A stretch of 63,949 nt of DNA, the filler included, from Pelomyxa schiedti (Eukaryota > Protista > Evosea): the NCBI GenBank assembly GCA_020536535.1. It is 8 parts of 8 records of this genome, joined end to end, with 100 filler letters (N's around TTAATTAATTAA, not from the genome) between each part and the next. Parts side by side here need not be neighbours in the genome. Positions count along the whole stretch, not along the records: positions 24,626 to 45,121 come from JAHLWZ010000124.1; positions 45,222 to 51,251 come from JAHLWZ010001456.1; positions 51,352 to 55,052 come from JAHLWZ010001704.1; 5 more parts are not named here. The stretch is one strand, 5' to 3'. Shown in pieces: positions 40,762-54,162 of the stretch. A program made the position numbers and the translations under genes. Position 1 is the first letter of the stretch. The number at the start of each line of letters is the position of its first letter. The notes under the pieces are model-generated. The model was not told the origin of the DNA and did not search any database. It was given only the letters and a program-made list of their open reading frames with translations.

Positions 40762-41034
40762 TACCAGACTACCAACACGTCACTATCCCAAACCCCACAA
40801 CCAAGAAAAAGGGCAATTACCTCCTTTCGTGGTGTGCACAACAAAAACAACAGAAAGTAAATAATAAAAGGTGGCTGTAACCCACTTTTGTTCTTATGCC
40901 TCTATTATGATTAAATAAATCAAAAACTACTAACTAGCTAGAGGTTGTGATGGTCCTCGTGTCTTTTGTAAAAAAGTAACACAAAATGAACGGGCAAAAT
41001 AAACTGTTTTTTCGTTATTCCGGGAGGGCACTGT

Positions 41035-42719
41035 TTAGCTCCTCTTGGTGAGGCCAACGAGGGAGAAGGCAGTGTCCCTTTCTTCTATCAACTCGGTTGC
41101 GGACTTGTCCAGCATTGTGCGGGAGTAGCTATCGATGCCGAGGCCGGAGACTACGTGGTACTCACCACCCTCGCAAACAACCGGCATGGAGAAGATCAAG
41201 CCCTCAGGTACGGAGTAGGGGTTGCCATCTGAAAGGACACCCATGGATACAATCTCACCCTTTAACATGTGTTATTACCGATGCGAGAGAGATGTTGTTG
41301 TAAAACCTTGGGAGTTCCAAGAAGCCAGTCCCTGACATGGTCGCAAACTATTTGTGGTGAATGAAAATTGAGGATGTGGATTGGCAACCTGCGGTAGAGG
41401 CAGAGGCTGCAGAAGACAGCTTACGGGCTTCCATAACTGCCTGACCACCTGAAAAACTTGAGAAAGGAACCATGAGTAAAATAACACACGTTTCTGGATG
41501 AGTGGTACAAACGCCTCTGCAAGCCAGGTATCGTTATTGATAACTGAGCGAAGGGGAGTGGTGAGGCCATTGCGAGGGAAGTTCACAACGTGGCCGTGCC
41601 TGACATCAGGGAACCTGTGGAGTATTAACGATGTGTCACTGAAACCAAAGACAAGTACTGAGTAGTAGAATGATTGCCTGAAGAAAATAAGTCAAATTAT
41701 AAAGCATATTGGAACATACCCCAGATGATAACGTTGTGGACAGCGGTAACAGGAACGCCAAGGCGTACGGCAACTTGGGCTTTAGTTCGGTTATGATCCA
41801 GTCTTGTCATGCACGTAATGTTTTTCTTGGGCTGGGAAAAGGTTAGATGAAAGTATGCAAATCAATAAAACATACCACGCCCATAGCACTGTTAAGGAGG
41901 ACGATGGCATTGGTATTTGCTGGGTTACCAACAACAAGAACCTGGATGCAATTAAGAAGCGTGGAAAATATTACAGCTTTTCACCTTCACATCTCTGTCC
42001 GCATACTGAGCGAGGGCAGCGCCTTGAGCACGGAAGATGGAGGCGTTTTTCTGTCTGGTGTTGGAAGGGGTACAAGGACTATTCATAAGACCGTACCCCA
42101 ATGAGATCCTTGCGTTCCATTCCCGGTTTGCGTGGCATTGAACCTATGAAGAGGGCCACATTGATCCCAGCAAAAGCTTCCTCGACCTTTGATGTGACAA
42201 GTACGCCTATCAAATGGTGAGATAGGATAAATAAACGTTGATAGAACCTTTGACAAGAGGGAATGCACAGTCAGTGATCTAGGAGTTTCGTTAAGAAGAG
42301 CTGCGATAATAAGTGTGCACATACTTCCATGGCCACGCCTCCAAGGGCATTCATTGCTTGGGGAACATCCAACAAATGAATGATAACAGGCTGATATGGT
42401 CCGAACATGATACCCTGAAATACATAAGCCACAAATCAAGGAGGAAACGATAGATTAAGATTAATTTTGATATGGAGGTGGCTGTAAACTGTGATGGGGG
42501 AAAAAAAAAACCGCAGCAACGTACCCTTGAAATAAGGAACACCAATGAGTAGGCGATCTGGCCCGCAGCGCCGGTGATCAGAACCTTAATGGGCTTGGCC
42601 GTAGCAACAGCGGCCGGATCTGTGTTTATGCGCGACCACGCCACACCTTGCCCGCACAACATGCGACAACATCCCTTTACGTGCGAAGACACCACCGACA
42701 CACGTGCTGCAGCGGACAT
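41035..42719 (-). CDS. MDH1: Malate dehydrogenase, MDH1 (cytosolic-type) family, with an N-terminal extension
   Basis: [31 protein letters not shown] (malate-specifying Arg kept), [44 protein letters not shown]. Confidence 0.95.
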
Positions 42720-42920
42720 GTCAGATCGGTATCGCTTGGATTTTTTTGTTTTTTTTGGTTTGTTTTCTTTTGGCAGCCGATCCGGCGATGTGTTTTTCAT
42801 TTGACATGGAAGTTGTAGAACCTTCCATGAAGAGATACAGGCTGATTGAGAGACTGAGACGTTGTTGGGTGTTTTAAAACACATAGTAGTTCAATGTTGT
42901 TGGTTAGTTTGGACAGTCCC

Positions 42921-44430
42921 TTAGTCATGGAATGTGTGCATTGGGGTTCCTTGTACTGAGGTGTGTAGGGCCATGAGGGTTCCAGCAGGGGTCCCTTGGC
43001 TGGCCTGAGCATCAACACCTGAGCCTATGGCACTTGTAATATCTGTGCCAGAGTGTAAGAATCGCATTGTGTGATTTTAAGGTTGGGATTTGATTTCCGA
43101 GTTTTGGTTGTGGTTGTTTTATTTTGCGGAAATGGGAATTTACATAGGGTTCGCAAGTCATCTCCTCCAAAGCAACAGCTTGTGATGTGTGGCGTGGGCA
43201 TCATGTGAGTGGAAACAATCGCGTTTTTGTCCGGGTCCAACCGAATTATTCTTCCACCGCGGAATAGTGCCACCCATAACTTGCCCTCGGCATCAATTGT
43301 CATCCCGTCGGGGGAACCTGGGATATCGGCGGGAAGCACAAACTCTCCCAGCTTGGATCCAACTTCCCCACTCTCAACATCGAAGCTGAAAGTTTGAATC
43401 TGTTGATAATTAGACTCCTAATTCTGGGAATTCAGGTAAACCTTTCGTGTGGGGGTATCAATGTAATACATTTTAGAGGAGTCAGCAGACCATGCGAGAC
43501 CGTTAGATACAGTCACAGCTCCAACGGAATCAACTCTCTTTGCAAAGAGACCTGGGGGTCGAGGAGTGATGCAGTACAAACTGGCTATTTTTGTGTTAAG
43601 AGGCTAAATCAACCAGAAAATTGGCAGAACCTGCTCCAGTCACCCTAGGTCTCACATTGGACATTGTGCCGGCATAAAATCTCCCCCTGCAGTCACACTT
43701 CCCATCATTAAACCTTCCAGACATTATAAGCAGCTATGGTTAATCGGTGAAAAAAAACCTGTTTGTTGGGGCAAAAGGCTCTGGGTTCATGACCATCTCT
43801 AATGTTGCGAGTCCACCATCGGGAGTGACTTTCAGCCATGCCAGGCCACAGTCCGTACCACAGATAAATTTCCCTGTATCACTCTCACACTCGGCCAAGC
43901 ATGACACAAGTCCTGGTAATTTCACCGATGCATCACTATTCTACAAAACTCAGTAAAAGGTCATTNNNNNNNNNNNNNNNNNNNNNNNNNNNNNNNNNNN
44001 NNNNNNNNNNNNNNNNNNNNNNNNNNNNNNNNNNNNNNNNNNNNNNNNNNNNNNNNNNNNNNNNNGCCACAGTCCGTACCACAGATAAATTTCCCTGTAT
44101 CACTCTCACACTCGGCCAAGCATGACACAAGTCCTGGTAATTTCACCGATGCATCACTATTCTACAAAACTCAGTAAAAGGTCATTATTTTGTTGCAAAC
44201 ACAACAAGATAATCTGATCTGCCAATATTATCCAAGATATAATTTTATAGGTGTGGGTTGGTGGGTACTTTTGAGGGGTCGAAAGTGTGCAACTGGTGAC
44301 CCTCGATGTCAAGCCAATACAGCCTGTTGGTCCTCTGGCTCCACGTCGGCCCCTCGCCCAACTTGACCGCGTCCTCCAGCCTCGTCACAACTGCCGGCCC
44401 ATAATCCCCACCACCATCGACCGATGCCAT
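42921..44430 (-). CDS. SMP-30/gluconolactonase/regucalcin family protein, multi-exon
   Basis: LGEGPTWS...[38 protein letters not shown]|YITSA. Confidence 0.92.
43966..44065. other. 100-N gap with 121-bp duplicated flank (43845-43965)
   Basis: Read directly. Confidence 0.9.
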
Positions 44431-44472
44431 CAAGCTTTGTTTTTATTTAATCAAGGCAGGGGCCGCACCGTG

Positions 44473-45634
44473 TCACCGCTTCATTTTCGCATTTTTCTCT
44501 GAAGTGATTCCATCATTGGATAAAAAAAGCGGGGCATCAAGCACCACAATGACCTGTAAGAGTTTAAGAGGTATGTACCATAGAAGAAGGGAGCAACGGT
44601 GAACTGGGAACCGGGGATGTAAGATCATTGCAAGTCTTCCACTTGCGTAAAAAGTAAACTCCCCAGAGGCCAGGTTTGAGAGGGCAACAACTGTACTGAA
44701 AGTGGTTCCACTCATAGAAACTGCCAGCTACTTTCTTTTTTATCGGGAAATTGTGAGTGAGTTTCGTGCCTGATGGAGTTACCCAGAACCAGTGGAGAAC
44801 AGGTTGCTTTCTTCATAATGCTGATGAGGGGAAGAAAGTGGAGGCGCCAAGCAACCAATAAGAGGATCTTCTTGTACTTGTAACACAAGGAAAAAAAGCA
44901 GGGCGTTGGTAACACTCTCCCTAATAATAAGCACCGGCATCTTGTTCAGTCACCAACAACCACAAACATCAAATTCGCGTTTTTACTTTCATGAGGCTCG
45001 TTCACCTAAGGTTGTTGAGTTGCTGAGGGCGAGACCAGCAAAAAAGGATGGCAGGAACGAACACGTGGACTTTGTTTTGTTCAAGTTCAGTCTAAGTTGA
45101 AGTTGTTTTGCGTTTGTGCTCNNNNNNNNNNNNNNNNNNNNNNNNNNNNNNNNNNNNNNNNNNNNTTAATTAATTAANNNNNNNNNNNNNNNNNNNNNNN
45201 NNNNNNNNNNNNNNNNNNNNNTCTAACATAATCCGCATCTCCAAGACATGTTGTGGCGAATAGTGGTTGTCCAGTTCCTTGCACCGTCCACCAGAGTGCT
45301 GGTTGTTTTGAGTTAGTTCATTCCGCACTGAGCTCCTCAGGGAGGAGGTAAAAAAGGGAGTGGAAGAACGCGCGGATTATGTTGTGGATTTCCAGAACAC
45401 AAAACTTTGCCGATTTTCGCCTTGGCAGGCGAGGTAAGTGTCTGGAGCATCGGCTGTGGAAGCCTGGGTTTCAAAGGGCATTCTAGTTATCGCCTTGGCA
45501 GCGCCGCAATTAGTGTTTGACCCGCACGCAACGCCGTTCCCACAATTTTCTTCGCCACCGGGGGCGCCATCACAACTGCACCACAACAACCCACAATAGC
45601 AAACCGCAACAACGGCAGCGGTCAGTGGTGTCAT
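44473..45634 (-). CDS. Possible secreted Cys-rich hypothetical protein (spans a linker join; model unresolved)
   Basis: Signal-peptide-like MTPLTAAVVAVCYCGLLWCSCDG. Downstream exons not resolved. Confidence 0.3.
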
Positions 45635-45800
45635 GGTTCAAAAAGCAAAAAGAAAAAGAAGTGTCGGTTGGATTGGGAACAGGCAATCCAAGCCGATGAT
45701 GTTTTCGGTGCGAGCAAACACAACCTGGAGGACCTCAGTGCAATGAACTGCAACTGCTTTTTTCGTTTCGTTGACATTTCAAGAAACAAGCGGTAACCAA

Positions 45801-48800
45801 ATGAACAGCAACAACACCGAGTACGACTACGACGTGTCGGACAGCCTGTCGTGGTCCACGTCGTGCGGCCTGTGCCTCGCCCCTCTCACCCCCCCTCCCC
45901 CCCCTTCCGCCACGGGCTCACCACCCACCGACACCAGCAGCAGCAGCATTGGCGTAGCCGCCGTCGAGCTCCACCGTGTTGCGGATACACCAACAACCAC
46001 CTCAGCAGGCGGGCACCCCGACGGCAGCACGCGGCACCGGGTGTGCGTCGGGTGTGCTGAGCTGATGGCCAACAACGCGCGCGCCGCCGCCTCGTTCTCA
46101 TCCCTCCTCCTGCTCGTGGCACAACACCCTGCCATGGTGGTGGCGGTGGGGGTGGGGGTGGATGAGAGACCCCCAACACAAACGCCAGCTGCATCGGCAA
46201 CAAGAACAATTCATGGAATGGAAACGAGGGAGAAGGAGGAGGCACCACCTGGTACAACCACAACCACAGCCACCACCACTGCTACTGGTTGTGCAAGCAG
46301 GGCGTGCGTGCGCACTGGCACGCCACTGTGGTCGCCTTTGCTGGTGAGAGCCACACAAGCAAAAGCGAATCATGAGGTTTGTGTGCGTGTAAGTGAAGCT
46401 GTGTTGAAGTGTAAGTGTCAGCTGTGTTGTTGACTTTTTTGCCTCGGGACTTTGTGATTGGGGGAATTCACGAAAAGAAATAACTCAGAGACAGGAGAAT
46501 GAGTCTGGGACTGCATCCAAGCCAACACAGCTGCAACTCACAGTGAAGTGCCCAATTTGTGATGATCCACTGCAATTCACACACGATAAAGGGACTCTCC
46601 AGGTTGTTGTTGGTTTTGTGCACTTCATATTTTCACTCACACCAAATAAACTCCAGCAAGAGCCACAAGCTCCATTTGTTCTGGATTCTGAAAACTCACA
46701 AAGTATTGACAATGATGGTGAAAAATGTTGCCCATTGTGTGATGAAAAGGCCACACAATCATGCTCACTTTGTGGATCCATACTTTGTGGGAAGCCTCAA
46801 TGTGTGAAGCCATACACAAAGATGCACATGACAATGGGCCACTCAGTTTGTCTTCACCCCTTTTTCGTCTTTCACCAAACTGGTGGATGTTGAAAGTCTC
46901 ACTCCATTTTGATTAGTTCACTCCAGTTCCAATCGAATCAGCCAAGAAAATCATTAAGTGCCCAGATCACAACAGACCATTGGAGCTGTTCTGCACACAA
47001 GACAACACTCCTGTTTGTTCTCTCTGTGTCCTCTCTGGTAGGCATCAGGTATAATCCCATCCCTCTTCTTTCTTCCACTTGCCCAAATCCATCCACTGTG
47101 TTTTAATTAAAGTCAATCAAACAAATTTTGGAACATGTCCAATAAAAAGGACTCAAGCTTGAAGACAGTACACCCAACAGTCACGATTTATGAAGCAGCC
47201 AAAGGAAGACAGGCAACCATCACAAGAAAGTCAAAAGAACTTGAAGAGAAGGTGAAAACTGTGAAAGATGCACTTGATAAAATCACTGAGACAAAAAGTG
47301 CTGTAAGGAAGGTTCGTTCAGTGCGACTGGAATGGGGCCTACTTTGCAAAAAACAACAACACAGAACTGCAGTGAAGCACTCAAGGCAATGGATGAAGAG
47401 TTTGTCAAATTGGAGGCACTCCTTGAAAAGAGGCACAAACAACTGGCTGTTGAATGCATGAACATTGCTGATTCAACTGGTGTGTAGTGTGTCCTCAGAC
47501 TCGCCATGCTCACACAAAACAGAAAGGATCATGGACATGCAACAGGAGCACCTTGAGAGGTTTGTTGGCATGGCAGAGGCCGCACTCAAGTCAGCAGACA
47601 AACTGAGTCACACCTCACGTGACTTTGGTGTGATCAGATCCTTTGACTCTTCCTCGCGGGTCATCTCTGAATTAAACTCCCAATCGGTATTCTTGTGGAG
47701 TTTTCAAGTGTTTCACCTGAATTCAGGTTCACCTGAAGCCATGCTGCAAATCAGAGCTCAACTTCACACAGACAATGAACCTCTCTGAAACAATCAACTC
47801 ATTTGGCGCACTCACTTTTGGTTTGAGTTCTTGCCTCCTGGAATTTTGTGACACACATAAGGTGTTTCCACATCACTGAGCAAGTTCAAGGTGATGATAC
47901 CATGGGAGGATGAAATGCAACAGCAACAACGCACCACAGCACATATTGCAGGGAGGGAGTTGAAATGCACAGTTGAGTGCACCTCTCTTGTGGATGAAAC
48001 TGGAACTCCAATTCCATCTGAAACTCAAATACCTTCATTGATGAGTGCTGGTCTTACTGTTCTTGTTGTTCCTCTGGAAAAAGGTTCTGACGGCAGAGTG
48101 CAATTTGAACAATCACCATGCTGGAAGAAGGAAATAAGTGGAACAACAGCAACAGCAACCACTGCTGCAGACACACTCCCCAAGTGCGAAGTGAGCTTAA
48201 TTCCCAAGTGTGCAGGGAAGCACTCATTGGTGCTTGGTGGTGACACTGAATTATTTTCACTTGTCTCAAAGGGTATTTTTTCTCTTGTTTCTCCCTATCC
48301 ATCTGATCCTATCAACCCAGAGATTGACCCTCATCAAACCAAACTTGTTGGATGCCTGAATGGAACTCCTGGAAATCCATTCAAGTTGAACCTCATTGTG
48401 TGTACTAGATTACAATAAAGATCTTTTTACAAACAATTCACTCTTTTTTTCCAGACATCCTTTTCTGATGGGTCGCCAGTAATCTCAGATAACAAAGGAG
48501 GAAGTTCCCAATGTTGTCGTGCTATCACACCAGAAGTGATGCAAACCCGATTCAGGGTTTGTGAGTCTGCTTCTGTTGGACAACCTCCTTCCAGTTCCAA
48601 CCGTGAATTATTATTCACCAAGTGTGACAAGCCAGATGAGGTTGAGTTCACAGTGCAACGTGGTGGAGAACACCACCTGTTCGTTGAGACTGCAGCTTAT
48701 CCCAACATAGACCTGTGGGTGCCAGTGTCTGGTTGCCCTTTCTCTCTCACTGTCATTCAAGGTTTGTTTCTCGCCTCCACTTCCAATCACACACTGGAGC

Positions 48801-49711
48801 ACAAACAGTGGACATCAGCAAATGCAGAATTGAGAATGTTCCTTCCACTCTCCTTCTTCAGAACAAACTCTCTCTTCCAATTCAGGTTCTTTCACCCCTT
48901 CGTTTTCTCTTTGTCTCACAACCAGACACACACAGTTGATGAACACTGGTGGTCAACCAATCCCTGATGTTGATTGTGAATCATGCCTTCAGTATGTTGA
49001 GTGGCGTGCAGGTGTCACACCACCAACTGCTGCAATTGTGTCTATTGGTCTCACGGAACAGGGATCCAGATCCACAGTTGTTGTTGTGAATTTGGAAGCA
49101 AAGGTTGTGATGGACAATGTGGTGTTGGCTGTGGAGGGTTTGTTCTCATCATCTTTGCCAGCGCAAAAAGTGTGGCAGAATGTGTCAGGATCACCTTTCA
49201 CACTCAAATGTACGTGTGTTCTTCTTGTTGTTTGTTTGCCCCACATTCAAATAAACCATCCCCCCATACAACAAACACAGTGGCCCCACCACAGGCAAGG
49301 AAGATTGGGAGTGTGTTGGCATCATCCACTCATCCAGGCTACCCACCTGAGAGGGTCATTGATTACTCCCATGATCAGAACACATATTGGCTCAGCCAGC
49401 AGAACAACACGACAGGGCAGTTCCTCGTGTTTGACCTGACAGAGCCCTGTGTCGTGCCTGTTGTGTGCTTCAGGGATTATGGCAACTGGAACTGTTCACC
49501 CAAGGATGTCACAGTGTCAGTTGGGGACTCATCGACAGGGCCATGGACAACACTCTCCAAATTCACTGCACAGATAATCGACGACTGGCAGAGGTTCCCT
49601 GTCACCATCAATGCATCGACAACACCACATCGGTGGGTGAGGCTCTTCTTTGACTCCAACCATGGCAGTACTGTTTATGTTGTGGTGAGTGGTGTTAAGT
49701 TCTGGGACTGA
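45801..49711 (+). CDS. TRIM-like protein: atypical RING, B-box1, B-box2, coiled coil, filamin repeats, C-terminal galactose-binding/F5-8C-like domain
   Basis: CGLC...HRVCVGC...|KCPIC. B-box1 CPLCDEKATQSCSLCGSILC...H..GH. B-box2 CPDHNRPLELFCTQDNTPVCSLC...H. Filamin PKCAGKHSL and VQRGGEHHLFV...SGCPF. Last domain YWLS...QFLVFDL...PKDVTV...RWVRLFF. Confidence 0.8.
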
Positions 49712-49910
49712 TCGCCACTTTTATCATCGTGTTGGTGTTGTTGTTTATCATCGTGTTTTCTCCCATTTGGGAAAAGGCTCCAGGGAGCGTTTTGGGCTGG
49801 AGGTACTGAGGAAAAAGAAATGGATTTTCAGATCCAGTATTTTTCTCAATTCATCTCTCTTCAAGAGAAGAACTGCTTGAGGCAATCAAAACACAATTGA
49901 AATCAACAGA

Positions 49911-50327
49911 ATGAACACCGACGAGGTCCCTTCCGCACCACCACGGGCAAGGAAAGTTGGGAGTGTATTTGCATCATCCTCTATGCCAGGCAACCCACCA
50001 GAGAGCGTCCTTGATTACTCCCAGAACGATACCGTGACATATTGGATGTCCATGCACGGAAAGACAACGGGGGAGTACCTCGTGTTCGACCTGACAGAGC
50101 CCTGCGTCGTGCCCATTGTGTCCATCATGACAATGGACAACGACGTTGCCGCAAGGGACCTCACAGTGTCAGTCGGGCCCTCTGCCACAGGCCCGTGGAA
50201 GACACTCACAAAGATCTACGGGTGCCGCACCAACGCCTGGCAGCATTTCCCGGTCGAAGTCAACGCGTCGACGAAGCCCTACCAGTGGGTCAGGCTCCTC
50301 GTCGACAGAAACTGCGGGAATTTGTGA
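49911..50327 (+). CDS. Stand-alone copy of the TRIM C-terminal galactose-binding-like domain, possibly C-terminally truncated
   Basis: ARKVGSVFASS...YW...LVFDLTEPCVVP...DLTVSVG...GPWKTL...WVRL aligns with the last domain of the upstream gene. It stops at CGNL*. Confidence 0.75.
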   Translation: MNTDEVPSAPPRARKVGSVFASSSMPGNPPESVLDYSQNDTVTYWMSMHGKTTGEYLVFDLTEPCVVPIVSIMTMDNDVAARDLTVSVGPSATGPWKTLTKIYGCRTNAWQHFPVEVNASTKPYQWVRLLVDRNCGNL

Positions 50328-51351
50328 AAGTGATGACTTCCCGAAAAAGGGAATCACAGAGTCAGCCCTGAGCAACCCTCAGAAGTCGGACAACTTCTGG
50401 GAATTCAATGGCACATGACGCTGTGCTGTGCGTCCACTGAATACTTGGAATTCATGGGAGACAGGGCTTATAAGCAACACCACTTTCACCACAAACGCCT
50501 CAAGATCAATTAAAATAAATAAATACTTTGTTCCCTCCTTATCTCGCTACGAACGTGTTCGTCACTCCCCGTCAGGGACACCATTCACATCTGGAGGTGC
50601 GGTTCTGACGGACCTGAATCATGGTCTGGTGACACAGATGACGAATCTGAGTGAGGAGCACAGTATCATTCAAGCTGTTATCACCCAAGCCCTCTTGCTC
50701 TGGCAGAGACAAGACCAGTGCAGTGGAGACACTACGGCACTGGACGGAAAAGCTAGGGGGGAACTACCAACGAGGTACCAGCCAGAGAATCAGAAGAAAT
50801 AACTTTCTGTGATACTTCTTAACTTGTGGATGCCTAGTTTTGATTAGCGGCTAGGACTATGAGAACAGAAGCTACCTGTATCAGGACTGGAGAACACTGG
50901 AGGTCTGGTGCCCTGCTGAAAGTTGAGGAAGATTTTGGGGGAAAAACTGCGGCTTGGTGCCAGTCATACATTTCAGGGGAGCCAGCAGGGGTCTGCAATG
51001 AAATCAGATTTTGGCATCACTGTAAGATTTACATACGTTGAGAGCCAATTCTAGTAAGAGGCTACTTTGCTGGAATCAGCAGAAGCAGGCTCAGAGTTTC
51101 AAGTGGCACTTGATGGATCACCATAGTGCAAAGTCGCTCCTTTTTGGGATGAGAGGCAGACAGCCTGGGGGTAGAAGCACTCAGAATAACCACATCAAGA
51201 ATTGCCTTCTCTGGGTAATGGAATGAGTGGGTGGAAGAGTGTGGTGATAGANNNNNNNNNNNNNNNNNNNNNNNNNNNNNNNNNNNNNNNNNNNNTTAAT
51301 TAATTAANNNNNNNNNNNNNNNNNNNNNNNNNNNNNNNNNNNNNNNNNNNN

Positions 51352-52348
51352 GGAATGGATTGCAGAAAAAAGCTTTCTCTGGAGCATGGAACACGATGTC
51401 CTCCTTCACTGAAACCAATCTACCTGGTGGTGGGTGAAGAGAGTTTTAGTACAAGTGTCAAGAAAGAAAATAATCAATGCTCCGATGGGGGAGGAAACCA
51501 CTCGTGGGTCGTACCAGCTGAGAAGCTCTTCTCCAGGTCGACAGTCATCACCCTCTTGCGGTCGCAAGTCAGCACCATCACCAATGCCTCATCGCCAAAC
51601 CCAACGGTGCCAGGCTCAGTGCGCGAGAACACAACATTGACCACTCCATACGCTCCATCAAGCAGCACCCACGACGGTGACGGTGATATCACTACCTTGT
51701 GGATGTATAATTCACCGGGACGCCACGCCAGAACCCACTTGTGGGAGCCCCAGAACTTGTCGCAATGGTACGGCGGGGACTGGGTGGTGCGGGCTGTGAC
51801 TGCGGTCAGGTCCATGACCTGCATGTCGAACGCCTGGCTGACTGTGGGGCTCGGGCTGTAGGCCAGGAGCGCGGCGGTGCCGAGCCAGCACAGCAGGGAG
51901 TCCACTCGTCGGTCTCGTCGGTGTTGACGACGCCGAGGGTGGGCCCGATCGAGACGACCGTCGAGAAGAACAGGCCGGTGGACGCGATGAACCGGCGGGC
52001 CGGGCAGCGCTGGCCGATGTGTTTCGCGACGTCGTTTGTGAGGTGAGGGGCCTGGCGAGACGGGATTGTGGGTGGTGGTGGGCACAGCGCGAGGCACATC
52101 GCAACGAATTGGTCTCGTGCGTCGATCGCACGTTCGACGGTCAAGTGTCCGAGCAGCATTTTGGAGGAAATTGACGAATCTCTAATCAAAAACAGGGTTG
52201 GTTTTTGTTGTGGTGATGGTGGAGGTGGCAAACTGAAGTGGCCAAGGCCACTGATCACCATGGCCTTTCCCACTTCGGTTTGAACCCCAGCGATACCAGC
52301 AGTGCCAGTCCTTGCAACAATTCTGGTTGCCACCTCCACCATTGCCAC
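51352..52348 (-). pseudogene. 'RDQF' family copy 5, two frameshifts (near 51895 and 51474)
   Basis: DARDQFVAM and SIGPTLGVV are in one frame; CWLG, FWGSHKW and TVDLEKSF are in a second; FFLD...HQV is in a third. Confidence 0.7.
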
Positions 52349-52837
52349 AACAACAATTCAATTGACACCTCCAACAACTTCTGCCTCCACCATTAGCGGG
52401 AGCACCGTGATGTTGCCGGTCTTCCCACACCACCGACATCGCCGTGTCGCTGAGATACTCTGTCGGCGGCGCGGCGATGTTGTATAGACACTGGTGTAAC
52501 CAGGATAATGGTTGAGCCAAAGAAAAAAGGGATGGATAAAAGTTTACATATGCATTCGGCAATGTGTTTGTGGTGTTGTAAAGCAGAGTAGAGCGGGGAA
52601 GTTGGCCCTGAATGAGTGAGTTGTGGGAACAGATATATTGCGACAACATACAGCCCCAAGGTGAGATGTGGTACTTCAGAACCTGTTCAGGGAATCAGTG
52701 GGGGAAAAAAAGGGAAAACACAAACTCATTCAGAATGTGCAATGCTGTGAGACACGCTGTATCTCCAGGGTGAAGAAAAAATAGGTTTAATTTTATTCAG
52801 TAGAAGGTCGTTGTGTATGTGTTATTCTCTAGTTTCT

Positions 52838-53988
52838 TCAGAGGAAGTGCAGAATAAAATCAGCTGACGGGGTGTGGCACTGGCACAGTGTCAGTCCTGT
52901 ATCTGTGTCAATCACAGCCCTTGACATGCCTGGTGATTCTCCCGCAGGCTCAGCCACGATCAGCAAGCCACGGTCCAGGATGGTCTGCTCCAGGTAACTT
53001 GGAACTGCTGTAAACACTTTCCCTGTGAACACGTCATAGGTGGCTCCATCCAGCTTGACAAGTTGGTTGTTGACCTTCGCGACACAATGCGTGCACGCAT
53101 CACACAGCTTGGTCCTACTGCCCGTCCAGAGGCTCACTGCAAAGACTCCGAATGGCGGTGTGCTCGCTGCCAGCTCGTGCACCTGGTTGACCACCACAGG
53201 GTGGCCAATTTCATCCAAAAACAGCAAGGGATTGCAGTAAGTCCCTGGTGGTGTGACACACTCCATCCCTTCACTCACCACGGACAGGTACCCGGAGGAG
53301 AAGCTCTTCCCCAGGTCCACAGTGAGGACCATCCTGCCGCAGCAAACCCCGGCGCGATAGTTGCCATTGGAAAAGTACACCAGCACCGACGCCTCGTCGC
53401 CAGGCCCGATTAGCTCAGGCTCGCTGTGTGAGAACACAACATCAACGTTGTTATCCAACATCACGCGTGGTTGTTCTGCAGTGTCAAGTTTCACCCACAA
53501 TGATGATGGTGATGACCAAGAGCAGGAGTGTTTTTTGCTACCGCCGCTGCTGCCAGTGACAGAGTCATCATAACTGGAGCCATTCTCAAACAACTTGCAG
53601 AGGTACAGCCTCCTGTAATCCCAGGCAAGTGCCCACTTGTGGTTTCCCCAGAACGACTCTGGTCCCTGGAGGCGTCGTCGAAGTGGGCGAGGATCATGTA
53701 GCAGCCCAGCCAGCACCGGAACGTGTGGTCGGGGGTCCAGTCGTCCGTCTCGTCGGCGCTGATGATCCCGAGGGTGGAGCCGATCGACACGACGACCGAG
53801 CGGGACATTGGAGCGGAGACGATGAAACGCCTGGCGGGCGTGAGCACCCAGCCCTCACCGATGAGCCTCACAACGTCGTTTGTGAGGAAGTGGCGTGCGC
53901 GTGATGGGATTGTGGGACACATTGCGAGGAGGCACATCGCAATGAGTTGGTCGTGTGCGTCGATCACAGGTTGGACGGTGACTTGCAT
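52838..53988 (-). pseudogene. 'RDQF' family copy 6, one frameshift near 53665
   Basis: DAHDQLIAM...SIGSTLGII...CWLG is in ORF 53491-54132, while FWGNHKW...VIDTDTGLTL is in ORF 52838-53716. Confidence 0.7.
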
Positions 53989-54162
53989 CGAATAATTCTG
54001 TGAAAAAATGTTGTTACATATCCATGTAACATAGGCCAAATAAAAAAAGCACCAGACCGCCGCTCCTGAGAAACGATAACGAGAATGACTGCGTTCCGGT
54101 CTGTTGATTATTTTTTTCAGCCACATCATCACTTTTGTTACATTCCGAAGAACACATTCAGT

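Noticed and set aside
50430-51251. Possible degraded family remnant on the - strand (ATLHYGD, similar to copy 8) and short + ORFs
   Set aside because: The match is only a few residues with several stops, and I could not build a gene model.
51860-51909. 50-nt GT-AG segment that would restore the frame of family copy 5
   Set aside because: The donor is weak, the segment is GC-rich and contains the conserved CWLG, and a second frameshift remains near 51474.
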